Assembly (NCBI GenBank): GCA_945874205.1
Contig: CAMCGI010000001.1
Location: forward strand, 1-37,653
Length of the DNA: 37,653 bases
Direction: 5' to 3'
Source of the DNA: Francisella tularensis subsp. holarctica
Lineage (GTDB): Bacteria; Pseudomonadota; Gammaproteobacteria; Thiomicrospirales; Thiomicrospiraceae
The notes below the pieces were generated by a model. The model ran no database searches. It saw only the letters and a list, made by a program, of their open reading frames with translations, and was not told the DNA's origin. Made by a program: the position numbers and the translations under genes. The stretch's first letter is position 1; every line of letters begins with the position of its first letter. This document shows positions 18,299-27,800 of the stretch, piece by piece.

Positions 18299-19090
18299 AT
18301 GAAACAAATTATAAAAATTTTACTTGTTTTAAGTAGCAGCTTGTTAACTGCTTGCGCTACTAGTCCACTGGGTCGTACGCAACTACTCTTCCAAAATGAA
18401 AGCGGGCTTGCTAGTTCAGCGTTACAAGAATACGAACAGATGAAAAAAGATAGTCCCATTAGTAAAAATAAAGCACTGACTGAGTATGTGCAATGTGTGG
18501 TTCGTCCATTAACGAATGAAGTTGTTGGAGAATGGGAAGTGACTTTATTTGATTCTGATCAGATTAATGCATTTGCTTTGCCTGGTGGTAAAATTGGCGT
18601 TTATACTGGAATTCTAAAAGTAGCTAATAACCAAGATCGTTTGGCGGCAGTTGTGGGGCATGAAATTTCTCACGTTCTTTCTCATCATGCAAATGAGAGA
18701 GCCAGTGCAGCGACACTTACCAATATTGGATTAGTTGTTATCGGTATTGCTGCTAACTCTAACAATCAAAATAGTCAGCTTGCGATTGCTGCACTTGGAT
18801 TAGGTGTCCAATACGGTATTATTATGCCTTATTCTCGTGTTCACGAAACAGAGGCTGATTTACTAGGGTTGGATATTATGGCAAAAGCTGGGTTTAATCC
18901 TGCTGAAGCACCCAAATTGTGGGAGTCGATGAAAGTAGGTAAAAAAGAAAATGTGCCAGAGTGGATGTCAACTCATCCTTCAGATGATACGCGTATTCAA
19001 GCACTTATTGAACGTCAAGATGAAGCACTTGCTTATATGCAAGCAGCACATAATGCTGGCAAAAATCCGCACTGTGTGATGCCAAAATAA
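18299..19090 (+). CDS. M48-family zinc metallopeptidase lipoprotein (YcaL/LoiP-like)
   Basis: It has the lipobox LLTAC, the HExxH motif in VGHEISHVLSHH, and a downstream ETEAD third-ligand region. Confidence 0.85.
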   Translation: MKQIIKILLVLSSSLLTACATSPLGRTQLLFQNESGLASSALQEYEQMKKDSPISKNKALTEYVQCVVRPLTNEVVGEWEVTLFDSDQINAFALPGGKIGVYTGILKVANNQDRLAAVVGHEISHVLSHHANERASAATLTNIGLVVIGIAANSNNQNSQLAIAALGLGVQYGIIMPYSRVHETEADLLGLDIMAKAGFNPAEAPKLWESMKVGKKENVPEWMSTHPSDDTRIQALIERQDEALAYMQAAHNAGKNPHCVMPK

Positions 19091-19091
19091 A

Positions 19092-19976
19092 TCAAGGTAG
19101 TGATGAATTCTTTACTATTTGTGCTAATAACTTTAATGCATCATGTCGTGAATGAGTAGCACGGGCAATCAGTACAACATCACGATAGGGCGCAGGAGAT
19201 GCTAAAGGAATATTAATCACTCCCTGCCAAGGTTGTTTCGCTGCTAAAGCAGGCAATAGTGTGATACCTAAACCACTAGCAACCATTGCTCGCAATGTTT
19301 CAAGCGAGCTGCCTTCAATTAAAGCTTGTGATGGATGCAGATTGCCGTGCGTAAATGCTGCTAAAGCGTGATCTCTAAAACAATGTCCACGTCCTAAAAT
19401 AAGCAAAGGCTCTGACTGAATATCCGTTAAAGTGAGTTGTTTTTTGTTAGCAAAAGGATGTGATGTTGGAACAACAGCATCAAAAACTTCCTGATAAAGT
19501 TGCCAAGAAGTAAATTCATTTGCACCTGCAAAAGGAAGTGCGATAATCGCTGCATCCAACTCTCCTAAGTTGAGTTTAACAATTAATTCGCTAGTAAATC
19601 CTTCTATTAATCTCAATGGTGCTTGTGGCACAGCCTCTCGCCAAGGTAGTATTATCTTGGGTAGTAAATAAGGTGCAACAGTATAGATAATACCTAATGA
19701 TAATTCACCACTCATGGAATCACTATTCTTGGCTAATGCCAACAAATCGTCAGTACGCGAAAGTATGTCTTGTGCATGACTAACTACAATTTCTCCAATA
19801 GGTGTAAACTGTAAAAATTGACGACTACGCTCAACTAAAATTACGCCTAAACTATCTTCAAGATTTTTTATACTTGCGGATAATGTTGATTGCGTAACAT
19901 GACAATGCTCTGCCGCACGAGCAAAATGTTGTTTTTGATGCAAGGCTATTAAATAGCGTAATTCTGTCAGTGTCAT
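19092..19976 (-). CDS. oxyR: LysR-family peroxide-sensing regulator OxyR (one-cysteine variant)
   Basis: The N-terminal HTH is LRYLIALHQKQHFARAAEHCHVTQSTLSASIKNLE. The sensing-cysteine context GHCFRD and SLETLRAMVASGLGITLLPALA match E. coli OxyR around C199. The gene is divergent from dps-prx/grx-gor. Confidence 0.85.
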   Translation of the reverse strand: MTLTELRYLIALHQKQHFARAAEHCHVTQSTLSASIKNLEDSLGVILVERSRQFLQFTPIGEIVVSHAQDILSRTDDLLALAKNSDSMSGELSLGIIYTVAPYLLPKIILPWREAVPQAPLRLIEGFTSELIVKLNLGELDAAIIALPFAGANEFTSWQLYQEVFDAVVPTSHPFANKKQLTLTDIQSEPLLILGRGHCFRDHALAAFTHGNLHPSQALIEGSSLETLRAMVASGLGITLLPALAAKQPWQGVINIPLASPAPYRDVVLIARATHSRHDALKLLAQIVKNSSLP

Positions 19977-20068
19977 GTTATGCTTATTCCAATTGTGCTT
20001 TGTTGCATTTTTTTCGGTGACTTAAATTGTAATCGTTTTTAACGATGAATAATTCATAAAACATTCAT

Positions 20069-20097
20069 TAGACTAATTAGCACGATGCTTATAGAAT
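20069..20097 (+). promoter_or_regulatory. Candidate sigma-70 promoter for dps
   Basis: The sequence reads TAGACT-N17-TAGAAT. Several palindromes lie immediately upstream of and overlapping the -35 (see findings). Confidence 0.3.
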
Positions 20098-20127
20098 GGA
20101 AGCATTACCAAAATAGGAAATATGAAC

Positions 20128-20571
20128 ATGAATGAATCTATTCAAACAGGTCTACAACAAGTGTTAGCAGATACTTACAGCTTAATGGCGAAAACACACC
20201 TGTATCACTGGAATGTGACAGGATCAAATTTTATGTCATTGCATACCCAATTTCAAACACAATACGAAGCCTTATTTGCAGCGGCTGATGAGATTGCAGA
20301 GCGTATTCGTCAGCTCGGTTCGATGGTTTGTGGTGGCTTGCCTGCATTTACTCAGGCTAGTAATATTAGCGTGCCACAAGCCATAACAGGAGAGGCTATG
20401 CTAAAAGAATTAGCTGAAGATCATAAAACAATGTCAGCGTCCTTGGTTAGCTTTGCCAATTTGGCAGATAAAGCGAAGGATCGCATTACAGCTGATTTAT
20501 TGACCGCGCGAGCTGCTGACCATGATAAAACAGCTTGGATGCTAGCTGCACAAGTTTCTCAACACCGTTAA
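20128..20571 (+). CDS. dps: Dps-family DNA-protection/ferritin-like protein
   Basis: LADTYSLMAKTHLYHWNVTGSNFMSLHTQFQTQYE...ADEIAERIRQLG is the Dps ferroxidase-site region. The ATG at 20128 has 9-nt spacing from AGGA (20115-20118), whereas the track start at 20122 has only 3 nt. Confidence 0.9.
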   Translation: MNESIQTGLQQVLADTYSLMAKTHLYHWNVTGSNFMSLHTQFQTQYEALFAAADEIAERIRQLGSMVCGGLPAFTQASNISVPQAITGEAMLKELAEDHKTMSASLVSFANLADKAKDRITADLLTARAADHDKTAWMLAAQVSQHR

Positions 20572-20604
20572 TTTTTTACATTTTTTACCAATGGGAGCAT
20601 CATA

Positions 20605-21345
20605 ATGCAACTTAACGATATGACTGGCAAAGCCGTTCCTAATGTCACCTTCAAAGTTCGTGATGACCACGAATGGGTTGATGTGACAAGTGATGATATC
20701 TTCAAAGACAAGACAGTAGTTATCTTTTCATTACCTGGTGCTTATACGCCAACCTGTTCATCTTCTCATTTGCCACGCTATGAAGAATTGGCAATGAAGT
20801 TTTTTGAGCATGGTGTTGATGATATTTATTGTATCAGTGTCAATGATACTTTCGTTATGAATGCATGGGCAGACGAACAAGAGCTTGATTATGTACAAGT
20901 ATTACCCGATGGTAATGGTGAATTTACAACAGGCATGGGACAATTAGTCGATAAGTCAGCGATTGGTTTTGGTTCTCGTTCTTGGCGTTATTCAATGCTT
21001 GTCAAAGATGGCATTATTGAAAAAATGTTTGTTGAGCCAGTACAAGAAGGCGACCCCTTTGAAGTATCTGATGCGGTAACAATGTTACGCTATATTGATC
21101 CAGCCGTTAAATTACCAGATGATGTGACAATTATCTCTCGTGATGGTTGCCCATTCTGTGCTAAAGCAAAAAATATGCTCGATGAAGAAGGCTTGGATTA
21201 TATCGAATTGTCATTAGAAGCAATTGGTTTGACAGCATTACGCTCTTTATCAGGTCGTGAAACAGTACCACAAGTGTTTATCAATGGTAAGCATATTGGT
21301 GGTTCTGACGATTTAGAAGCTTGGTTGGCTGTTGTACCAGAATAA
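20605..21345 (+). CDS. Hybrid peroxiredoxin-glutaredoxin (Prx5-type Prx fused to Grx)
   Basis: The N-terminal half contains the Prx5-type FSLPGAYTPTCSSSHLPRY. The C-terminal half contains the glutaredoxin CPFC motif and TVPQVFINGKHIGGSDD. Confidence 0.9.
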   Translation: MQLNDMTGKAVPNVTFKVRDDHEWVDVTSDDIFKDKTVVIFSLPGAYTPTCSSSHLPRYEELAMKFFEHGVDDIYCISVNDTFVMNAWADEQELDYVQVLPDGNGEFTTGMGQLVDKSAIGFGSRSWRYSMLVKDGIIEKMFVEPVQEGDPFEVSDAVTMLRYIDPAVKLPDDVTIISRDGCPFCAKAKNMLDEEGLDYIELSLEAIGLTALRSLSGRETVPQVFINGKHIGGSDDLEAWLAVVPE

Positions 21346-21387
21346 AACAGATGGCGCAGAAATGTCGCATCGTTTTATTTTATAGTA

Positions 21388-21410
21388 AGGGCACGTAACG
21401 TGCCCTTTTT
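21388..21410 (+). terminator. Rho-independent terminator after the prx/grx gene
   Basis: agggcacg-taa-cgtgccct is followed by tttt. Confidence 0.65.
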
Positions 21411-21434
21411 ACTCACAAAAAACAGGAAGAAAAA

Positions 21435-22790
21435 ATGCAAAACTTCGATTTAATTGTTGTTGGTGGTGGCTCTGGTGGACTGTCGGTTGCCGAACGTGCG
21501 GCAGAATATGGTGCTAAGGTATTGCTGATTGAGCGTGATCGTATTGGTGGTGCATGCGTCAATCGGGGTTGTGTCCCTAAAAAAGTCTGGTGGTACGCTG
21601 CTAGTCATGCATACGCATTGAATGATGCAAACGGCTGGGGCTTTTCACCAAAAGAAGGTAAAGACTTTGCTTTTAATTTTGACTATACCGATTTTGCTGC
21701 GCGTCGCTTAAACTACATTAACGGCATTGGTGATTGGTATGGTGGTTACTTAGAGGAAAAAGGGATTACCCGTGTGCTAGGTGATGCCATTATGATTGCT
21801 AGTAATCAGGTGCAAGTTGCAGATATTGTTTATCAAGGTGAACGTATTGTGTTATCACTAGGAAGCGCCCCCATTGTGCCACCGATTACAGGGTCTGAAT
21901 TAGGATTAACATCGGATGATGTTTTTAAATGGACAGCTTTGCCAAAATCAGTCGTGCTGATTGGCAGTGGTTACATTGGGGTAGAACTTGCTAGCGCGCT
22001 TAACACCTTTGGCGTACAAGTAACCTTAGTTGATATGATTGATCAACCCTTGCCAGCTTTCGATGCAGATATTCGCGCTACCTTTGTCGAAGTGCTACAA
22101 AAAGAGGATATTACCTTTGTTGGTAATGTGAAGGTACAAGCATTAGTACAAACAGACAAGGGGGTGAGCGTGCAAGCTGCCGATGGTCAAAGCTGGACAG
22201 CTGAGCGTGTGATTTGGGCAGTGGGTCGCAAGCCTGCTAGTCGTGGTTTGGGCTTAGAATCCGCAGGTATTGCTGTCGATGCACGTGGTTTTATCACGAT
22301 TGATGAATGGCAACAAACGAGCCAGTCAAGTGTTTTTGCCATTGGTGATGTCACTGGTCAGCTTGCTTTAACGCCTGTCGCGATTGCGTCGGGTCGTCGT
22401 TTGGCAGACCGCTTGTGGGGCAACAAAGCAGGGCGCAAGTTCGATAACAAATACGTTGCAACCGTGGTTTTCACCCATCCTCCCTTAGCCATGATTGGCT
22501 TAACCGAAGCAGCAGCACGAGCTGAGCATGGTGAAGCCGTGAAAGTGTACAGTGGTAAATTTACACCGATGCGTCACCTAATGTCGACTCACCCCCTGCC
22601 TGTTCATATTAAGCTGGTGTGTGTTGGTAAACAAGAAACAGTTATTGGTGTACATTGGTTAGGCGAAGGATGTGATGAAGGTATTCAAGGCTTTGCCGTT
22701 GCTATGGGTATGGGTGCCACTAAAGCTGATTTTGATAACACGATTGCTGTACATCCCAGTATCGCTGAGGAGTTAGTAACCTTACGTTAA
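21435..22790 (+). CDS. gor: Glutathione-disulfide reductase
   Basis: It has the FAD motif VVGGGSGG, the redox-active disulfide GGACVNRGCVPKK, and a C-terminal HP...E dimer-interface motif (AVHPSIAEE). Confidence 0.9.
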   Translation: MQNFDLIVVGGGSGGLSVAERAAEYGAKVLLIERDRIGGACVNRGCVPKKVWWYAASHAYALNDANGWGFSPKEGKDFAFNFDYTDFAARRLNYINGIGDWYGGYLEEKGITRVLGDAIMIASNQVQVADIVYQGERIVLSLGSAPIVPPITGSELGLTSDDVFKWTALPKSVVLIGSGYIGVELASALNTFGVQVTLVDMIDQPLPAFDADIRATFVEVLQKEDITFVGNVKVQALVQTDKGVSVQAADGQSWTAERVIWAVGRKPASRGLGLESAGIAVDARGFITIDEWQQTSQSSVFAIGDVTGQLALTPVAIASGRRLADRLWGNKAGRKFDNKYVATVVFTHPPLAMIGLTEAAARAEHGEAVKVYSGKFTPMRHLMSTHPLPVHIKLVCVGKQETVIGVHWLGEGCDEGIQGFAVAMGMGATKADFDNTIAVHPSIAEELVTLR

Positions 22791-22905
22791 CGACTTACAT
22801 GAAGTATTGGTAATTTACTCGTCATCGCTCAGTTTATTCGCTACAATGCATGGTAGAGAATTATGTCGTGCTGGTAATTAAAAATCTTAGAGATGATGCG
22901 CAAAA

Positions 22906-24855
22906 ATGCCTATTAAAGCTAAATGGCGGCAAAAAAACCGATTAGAGCGACTGGGCTATGCCTTAGTCGCTCTAATATCATTATTGTTTTTTTCATTGAC
23001 CGCGAATGCAACAGCACAAATCAACAAACCGATTGTGTTTGGTATCTATGCCTATATTGATGAAGCAAGCGTTCATACTGAGTATCAACCCCTAATTGAC
23101 TATCTTAATCAGACATTAGGCGCGGGTAGTGTCGAAATGCAGATTCTGCCAATGGACAAACTCAATGATGCTATTCGTGATCATCAGGTTGATGTGATTA
23201 CCACAAACGCAACCCATTATTTGCAGTTACGTTATCAATATCAAACAACAGGTGTTTTGGCGACGCTTGTGCGTAAAAGTGAAGGGCAGCCTATAGCGGA
23301 ATTGGGCGGCGTTATTTTCACAAAGAGCAATCGTGATGATATTAATCGTTTAAGTGATATTAAGGATAAGCGCATTGCTTTATCGAATAAACATCATATC
23401 GGTGGGTTTTGGTCACAGTTATATGAGTTTCATAAAGCTGGAGTTGAGTTAAAAGATAGCCAATTGATTGAGGTTGGTACACATCAAAAAGCGGTTTTAT
23501 CGGTATTATCTGGTCAAGCCGATATTGGTTTTGCCCGCACAAGCGTTATTGAGTTAATGCAAAAGCAGGGTACAGCACTTAAAGGTGACATTAAAGTCAT
23601 TAATGCCCATTACTTGCCTTTTTTTACAAGAATGATTAGCACTGCACTTTATCCAGAATGGGCGGTATTTGCGTTAGCAGATATGAACAATGAGCGTATT
23701 ACTGATTTTACGCAGGCTTTGCTGAGTTATCATCCTATATCTGAACAGGTTCAAGACGGAGGTATTTCGGGTTACAGCGTTGCTGCGGATTACATGAAAG
23801 TAGAAGCCTTAGCGCGTGAATTGCGCTTACCGCCTTTTGAGAAAAGTCCCAATTTTGGTTGGTTAGATGTGTGGCAAAAGTGGTCAAAAGAAGGCGTATT
23901 AGCGATTGTTTTTGGTTTGCTATTATTAGTCAGCTTGTTGTTATTGATTGTGGTTGCACGCCAAGCACGAGCAGAGCGTTATCGAGCGCAGTTGTTATTG
24001 TCGTCTTTTGGCGAGGGTGTTTTTAGTGTTGATATTGAAGGACAATGCACTTTTGTTAACCAAATCGCGTTAAGTATGTTGGGTTATCGAGAAATCGATT
24101 TATTACACCAAGATCACCATGCGTTATTACATCATCATCATTTCGATGGTCATTCTTTTCCAAAAGAAGACTGCCCTGTTCATCTGACACTTGGTGATGG
24201 TCAACGTCGATCGGGAGAAACTCATTTTATTTGCGCCAATGGTCGTTTTCTACCTGTGCATTATACGGTAATGCCAATTAAACAAGGGTCAGAAGTCACG
24301 GGTGCAGAAGTCATTATTCAAGACATTACTGAACAAAAAGAAACCGAGAAACGCCTGTACCAATTAGCTAACTTTGATGTATTAACCGCTTGTCCTAATC
24401 GTCGCTACTTTATGGAACAGTTACAGCAACATTTTCAAATGGCGCAAAATGCTAAGTGTGAAATAGCGTTACTGATGCTCGATTTAGATTTTTTTAAAGC
24501 GATTAATGATACATTTGGTCATGCTGCTGGTGATCTTGTTTTGCAGGACTTTGCTTTCACATTACAGCAATTTTTACGTGAAGGTGATATTGCTGGGCGT
24601 GTTGGCGGCGAAGAGTTTGCCATCATTTTACCTGATACCGATATGATAACGGCGCAGCAATGGGCAGAAGACTTGCGTCAGAGGGTAGCGGAGGCTATTT
24701 CAACTTATCAAGGTCAAAATATTGCTATTACTGTGAGCATTGGTATTGCACCTTTTCAGGCGACAGATAAGGATATTGATCACTGGTTATCTCGGGCAGA
24801 TAGGTTAATGTATCGTGCCAAGGGTTTGGGTCGAAATCGAGTCGAGGTGCAGTGA
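22906..24855 (+). CDS. Diguanylate cyclase with a PhnD/TtrS-like periplasmic binding domain, TM, PAS and GGDEF (GGEEF with an RxxD I-site)
   Basis: A signal peptide (..TANA-TAQ) precedes a PhnD-like PBP fold of ~280 aa, followed by the TM VLAIVFGLLLLVSLLLLIVV. The PAS ends with IIQDITEQK. The GGDEF domain has REGDIAGRVGGEEFAIIL. Confidence 0.85.
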   Translation: MPIKAKWRQKNRLERLGYALVALISLLFFSLTANATAQINKPIVFGIYAYIDEASVHTEYQPLIDYLNQTLGAGSVEMQILPMDKLNDAIRDHQVDVITTNATHYLQLRYQYQTTGVLATLVRKSEGQPIAELGGVIFTKSNRDDINRLSDIKDKRIALSNKHHIGGFWSQLYEFHKAGVELKDSQLIEVGTHQKAVLSVLSGQADIGFARTSVIELMQKQGTALKGDIKVINAHYLPFFTRMISTALYPEWAVFALADMNNERITDFTQALLSYHPISEQVQDGGISGYSVAADYMKVEALARELRLPPFEKSPNFGWLDVWQKWSKEGVLAIVFGLLLLVSLLLLIVVARQARAERYRAQLLLSSFGEGVFSVDIEGQCTFVNQIALSMLGYREIDLLHQDHHALLHHHHFDGHSFPKEDCPVHLTLGDGQRRSGETHFICANGRFLPVHYTVMPIKQGSEVTGAEVIIQDITEQKETEKRLYQLANFDVLTACPNRRYFMEQLQQHFQMAQNAKCEIALLMLDLDFFKAINDTFGHAAGDLVLQDFAFTLQQFLREGDIAGRVGGEEFAIILPDTDMITAQQWAEDLRQRVAEAISTYQGQNIAITVSIGIAPFQATDKDIDHWLSRADRLMYRAKGLGRNRVEVQ

Positions 24856-27800
24856 TGAAAAAGTTATTTTTATTTATTTATCTGCTTTTTGTATCCATTG
24901 CACTGTATTTGCCCGCGAATGCGACTGAACAAGTTCGTGATAAGCAGTATGTCGGTATTGCTATGCTGACTTTTCGTGATAAAGCAGAAGCAGCACAGCA
25001 TTGGCAACCCTTGTTTGATTATCTTAATCAGCGCTTACCCGATTATCACTTTGAGGCTAATTATTTATTTATTAATGAAGCAGAAAAAGCAGTTCGGGAA
25101 AAAAGTTTTCAGTTTATTTTTACCAATCCATCGCATTATGTGTTTCTAACCCATCATTTTGATTTTTCTTCGCCTTTAGCAACGCTTGTCAACGAAGAAG
25201 GTGGTGTTGCGGTGTCGATGTTTGGTGGGTTGATTGTAACGCGTGCTGATCGTCAAGACATTAATCAGCTTGTCGATGTAAAAGGTAAAAAAATTGCCAT
25301 TGCCTCACACGAGTCTTTTGGTGGTTTTCAGATGCAGGCCTTAGAATTGCAAAAGGTGGGCATTGACCCCTTTCATGAACTGAACTTATTAGAAGTGGGT
25401 ATGCCACAGCTTAATGCTTTGTTAGCGCTGCAAGAGGGTAAAGCTGATGTTGCCTTTGTTCGTACAGGTGAGCTAGAAAACGCCATTAAACAAGGTAAGA
25501 TAAAAAGCGATCGCTTTAAGCTAATTGATGCTCAGCTTAGACCGTCTTATCCTTTTTTATCGAGCACACACCTTTATCCCGAGTGGCCTTTTGCAGCCTT
25601 ACCTGATACCGATATTAATTTAGCACGAGAAGTCACTGCTGCATTATTGTCATTACCTTATCGTGGTGATGTGGCAAAAGCATTGGGCATTGCTGGTTTT
25701 ACCATACCAAACGATTATCGATCCATTAACGATTTGTTGTATCAGCTGCATTTACCACCATATAACCAAACAGTGGACGTTACGTTTATCGATATTTGGC
25801 AGCATTGGCAATGGCAGATCGTTGTTTTGTTTATTGCTGCAATGTTGATGCTCATACTGTTTTATCTTCGCTTGAGTAGTACGAATCGCCACCTTAAACA
25901 AGCACAGCAATTTGCAGCGCATCATGCGAAACAGTTAGTAGTAGAGCAACAGTACCTAAAAACATTAATTAACACGCTACCAGATTTAGTTTGGGTTAAA
26001 GATGCGCGTGGCGTTTATGTCACGTGTAATACGCGTTTTGAAGGTGTTTATGGTTTGCCAGAAGCAGAGTTGATTGGTAAAACAGATTATGACTTTTCAA
26101 GTAAAGAAATTGCAGATGCATTACGTTTTTATGATCAACGTGCGATTGATATGGGTAAAGCAAATGTTAATGAAGAGTCTATTGTTTTTATCGATGGTCA
26201 TCAAGCATTATATGAAACAACCAAAACTCCTATGTATGATAGTGAGGGGCGTTTGTTGGGTGTATTAGGCATTGCCCATAATATTAGCGAACGTAAAGCT
26301 GCTGAAAATGCCATTAAAATGAGTGAAACCATGCTCAATCGTGCTCAATCAGTTGCACATATTGGTAGCTGGTATATGGATATAAATAATAATGAACTGA
26401 ATTGGTCGGCAGAAACCTATCGTATTTTTGCGGTGCCTTTTGATATGCCCATTGATTATGCTTTTTTCTTGTCTCGCGTGCATGAAGACGATCGAGCTTT
26501 AGTTGAACAAACGTGGCAGCAAGCATTAACAGGTCAAGAATATGATATTCAACATCGTATTATGGTTAATGGTCAGATAAAGTGGGTGCGAGAAATTGCT
26601 GAATTAGTGATTGAACAATCTGGAAATCTGTTATCTGCAACAGGGACAGTACAAGATATTACTGATAAAAAACAAGATGAAGCTCGCATTCATCAACTGG
26701 CTTTTTTCGACACGTTAACCAATCTTCCCAACCGTAGTGTCCTAATCGAGCAGTTGATGCTAACCTTAGCATTGGCGAAGCGTGAACATTATGTCAATGC
26801 GCTTATTTTGCTTAATATTGATCGTTTCAAGCTCGTTAACGATGCACGAGGCAAATCGACAGGTGATGCACTATTGCAGATATTTGCACAGCAATTGCAA
26901 TTATTAGTTCGAGAAGGCGATATGCTAGCGCGCATGTCGGGTGATGAATTTGCTTTGTTAGTAAATAATTTGCATCCTGACTTAGTGCAGGCTTCGCGCA
27001 TGGCACAAGGTATGTCTGAAGCGATTCAAGATCGGTTTAAGCAACCGTTAATGATAGACGGTGAATCGATGATGGTAACGGTAAGTGTTGGTATCAGCCT
27101 TTATCCAGAAAATAAGGATGACAACCCGCAAAGCATCTTGCGTCAAGCAGATACGGCATTGCATCGCACTAAAGCCATCGGTGGCAATCAAATTGCTTTC
27201 TTTGAGCAAACAATGGGCGAAAGTGTTGCGCAAAGCTTTCGTATCGAGCGCGAATTACGTGAAGCCTTACAACATCAAGATTTGCGTTTGTATTTACAAC
27301 CGCAAGTGAATGCCAATGGGACGCTTGCTGGTGCAGAAGTATTGGTGCGTTGGTTGCATCCAGAGCGAGGACTGATTTCGCCGAATATGTTTATTCCTAT
27401 TGCCGAAACATCAGATTTAATTGTTGAAGTGGGTAAATGGGTGACGATAGAATCTTGTAAACTGCTTGCGCTACCAACAATGCAAGATTTGGCTATTCGT
27501 TTGTCGGTAAACTTGAGTCCACGCCATTTCCGTCAAGCAGATTTTGTCGACTGGATAAAAATGGTGCTTGTTGACACAGGTGCTGACCCCATGCGGCTAA
27601 CGTTGGAAATTACAGAAGGATTAGTGATTGATAATGTACATGATGTTATCGCTAAGATGAGCGAATTACATGCATTAGGTATTCATTTTTCAATTGATGA
27701 TTTTGGTACGGGTTATTCATCGCTTGCTTATATTAAGCGTTTACCGATTCAAGAGTTAAAAATTGATAAATCCTTTGTGCAGGATGCGCCTAATGATCCT

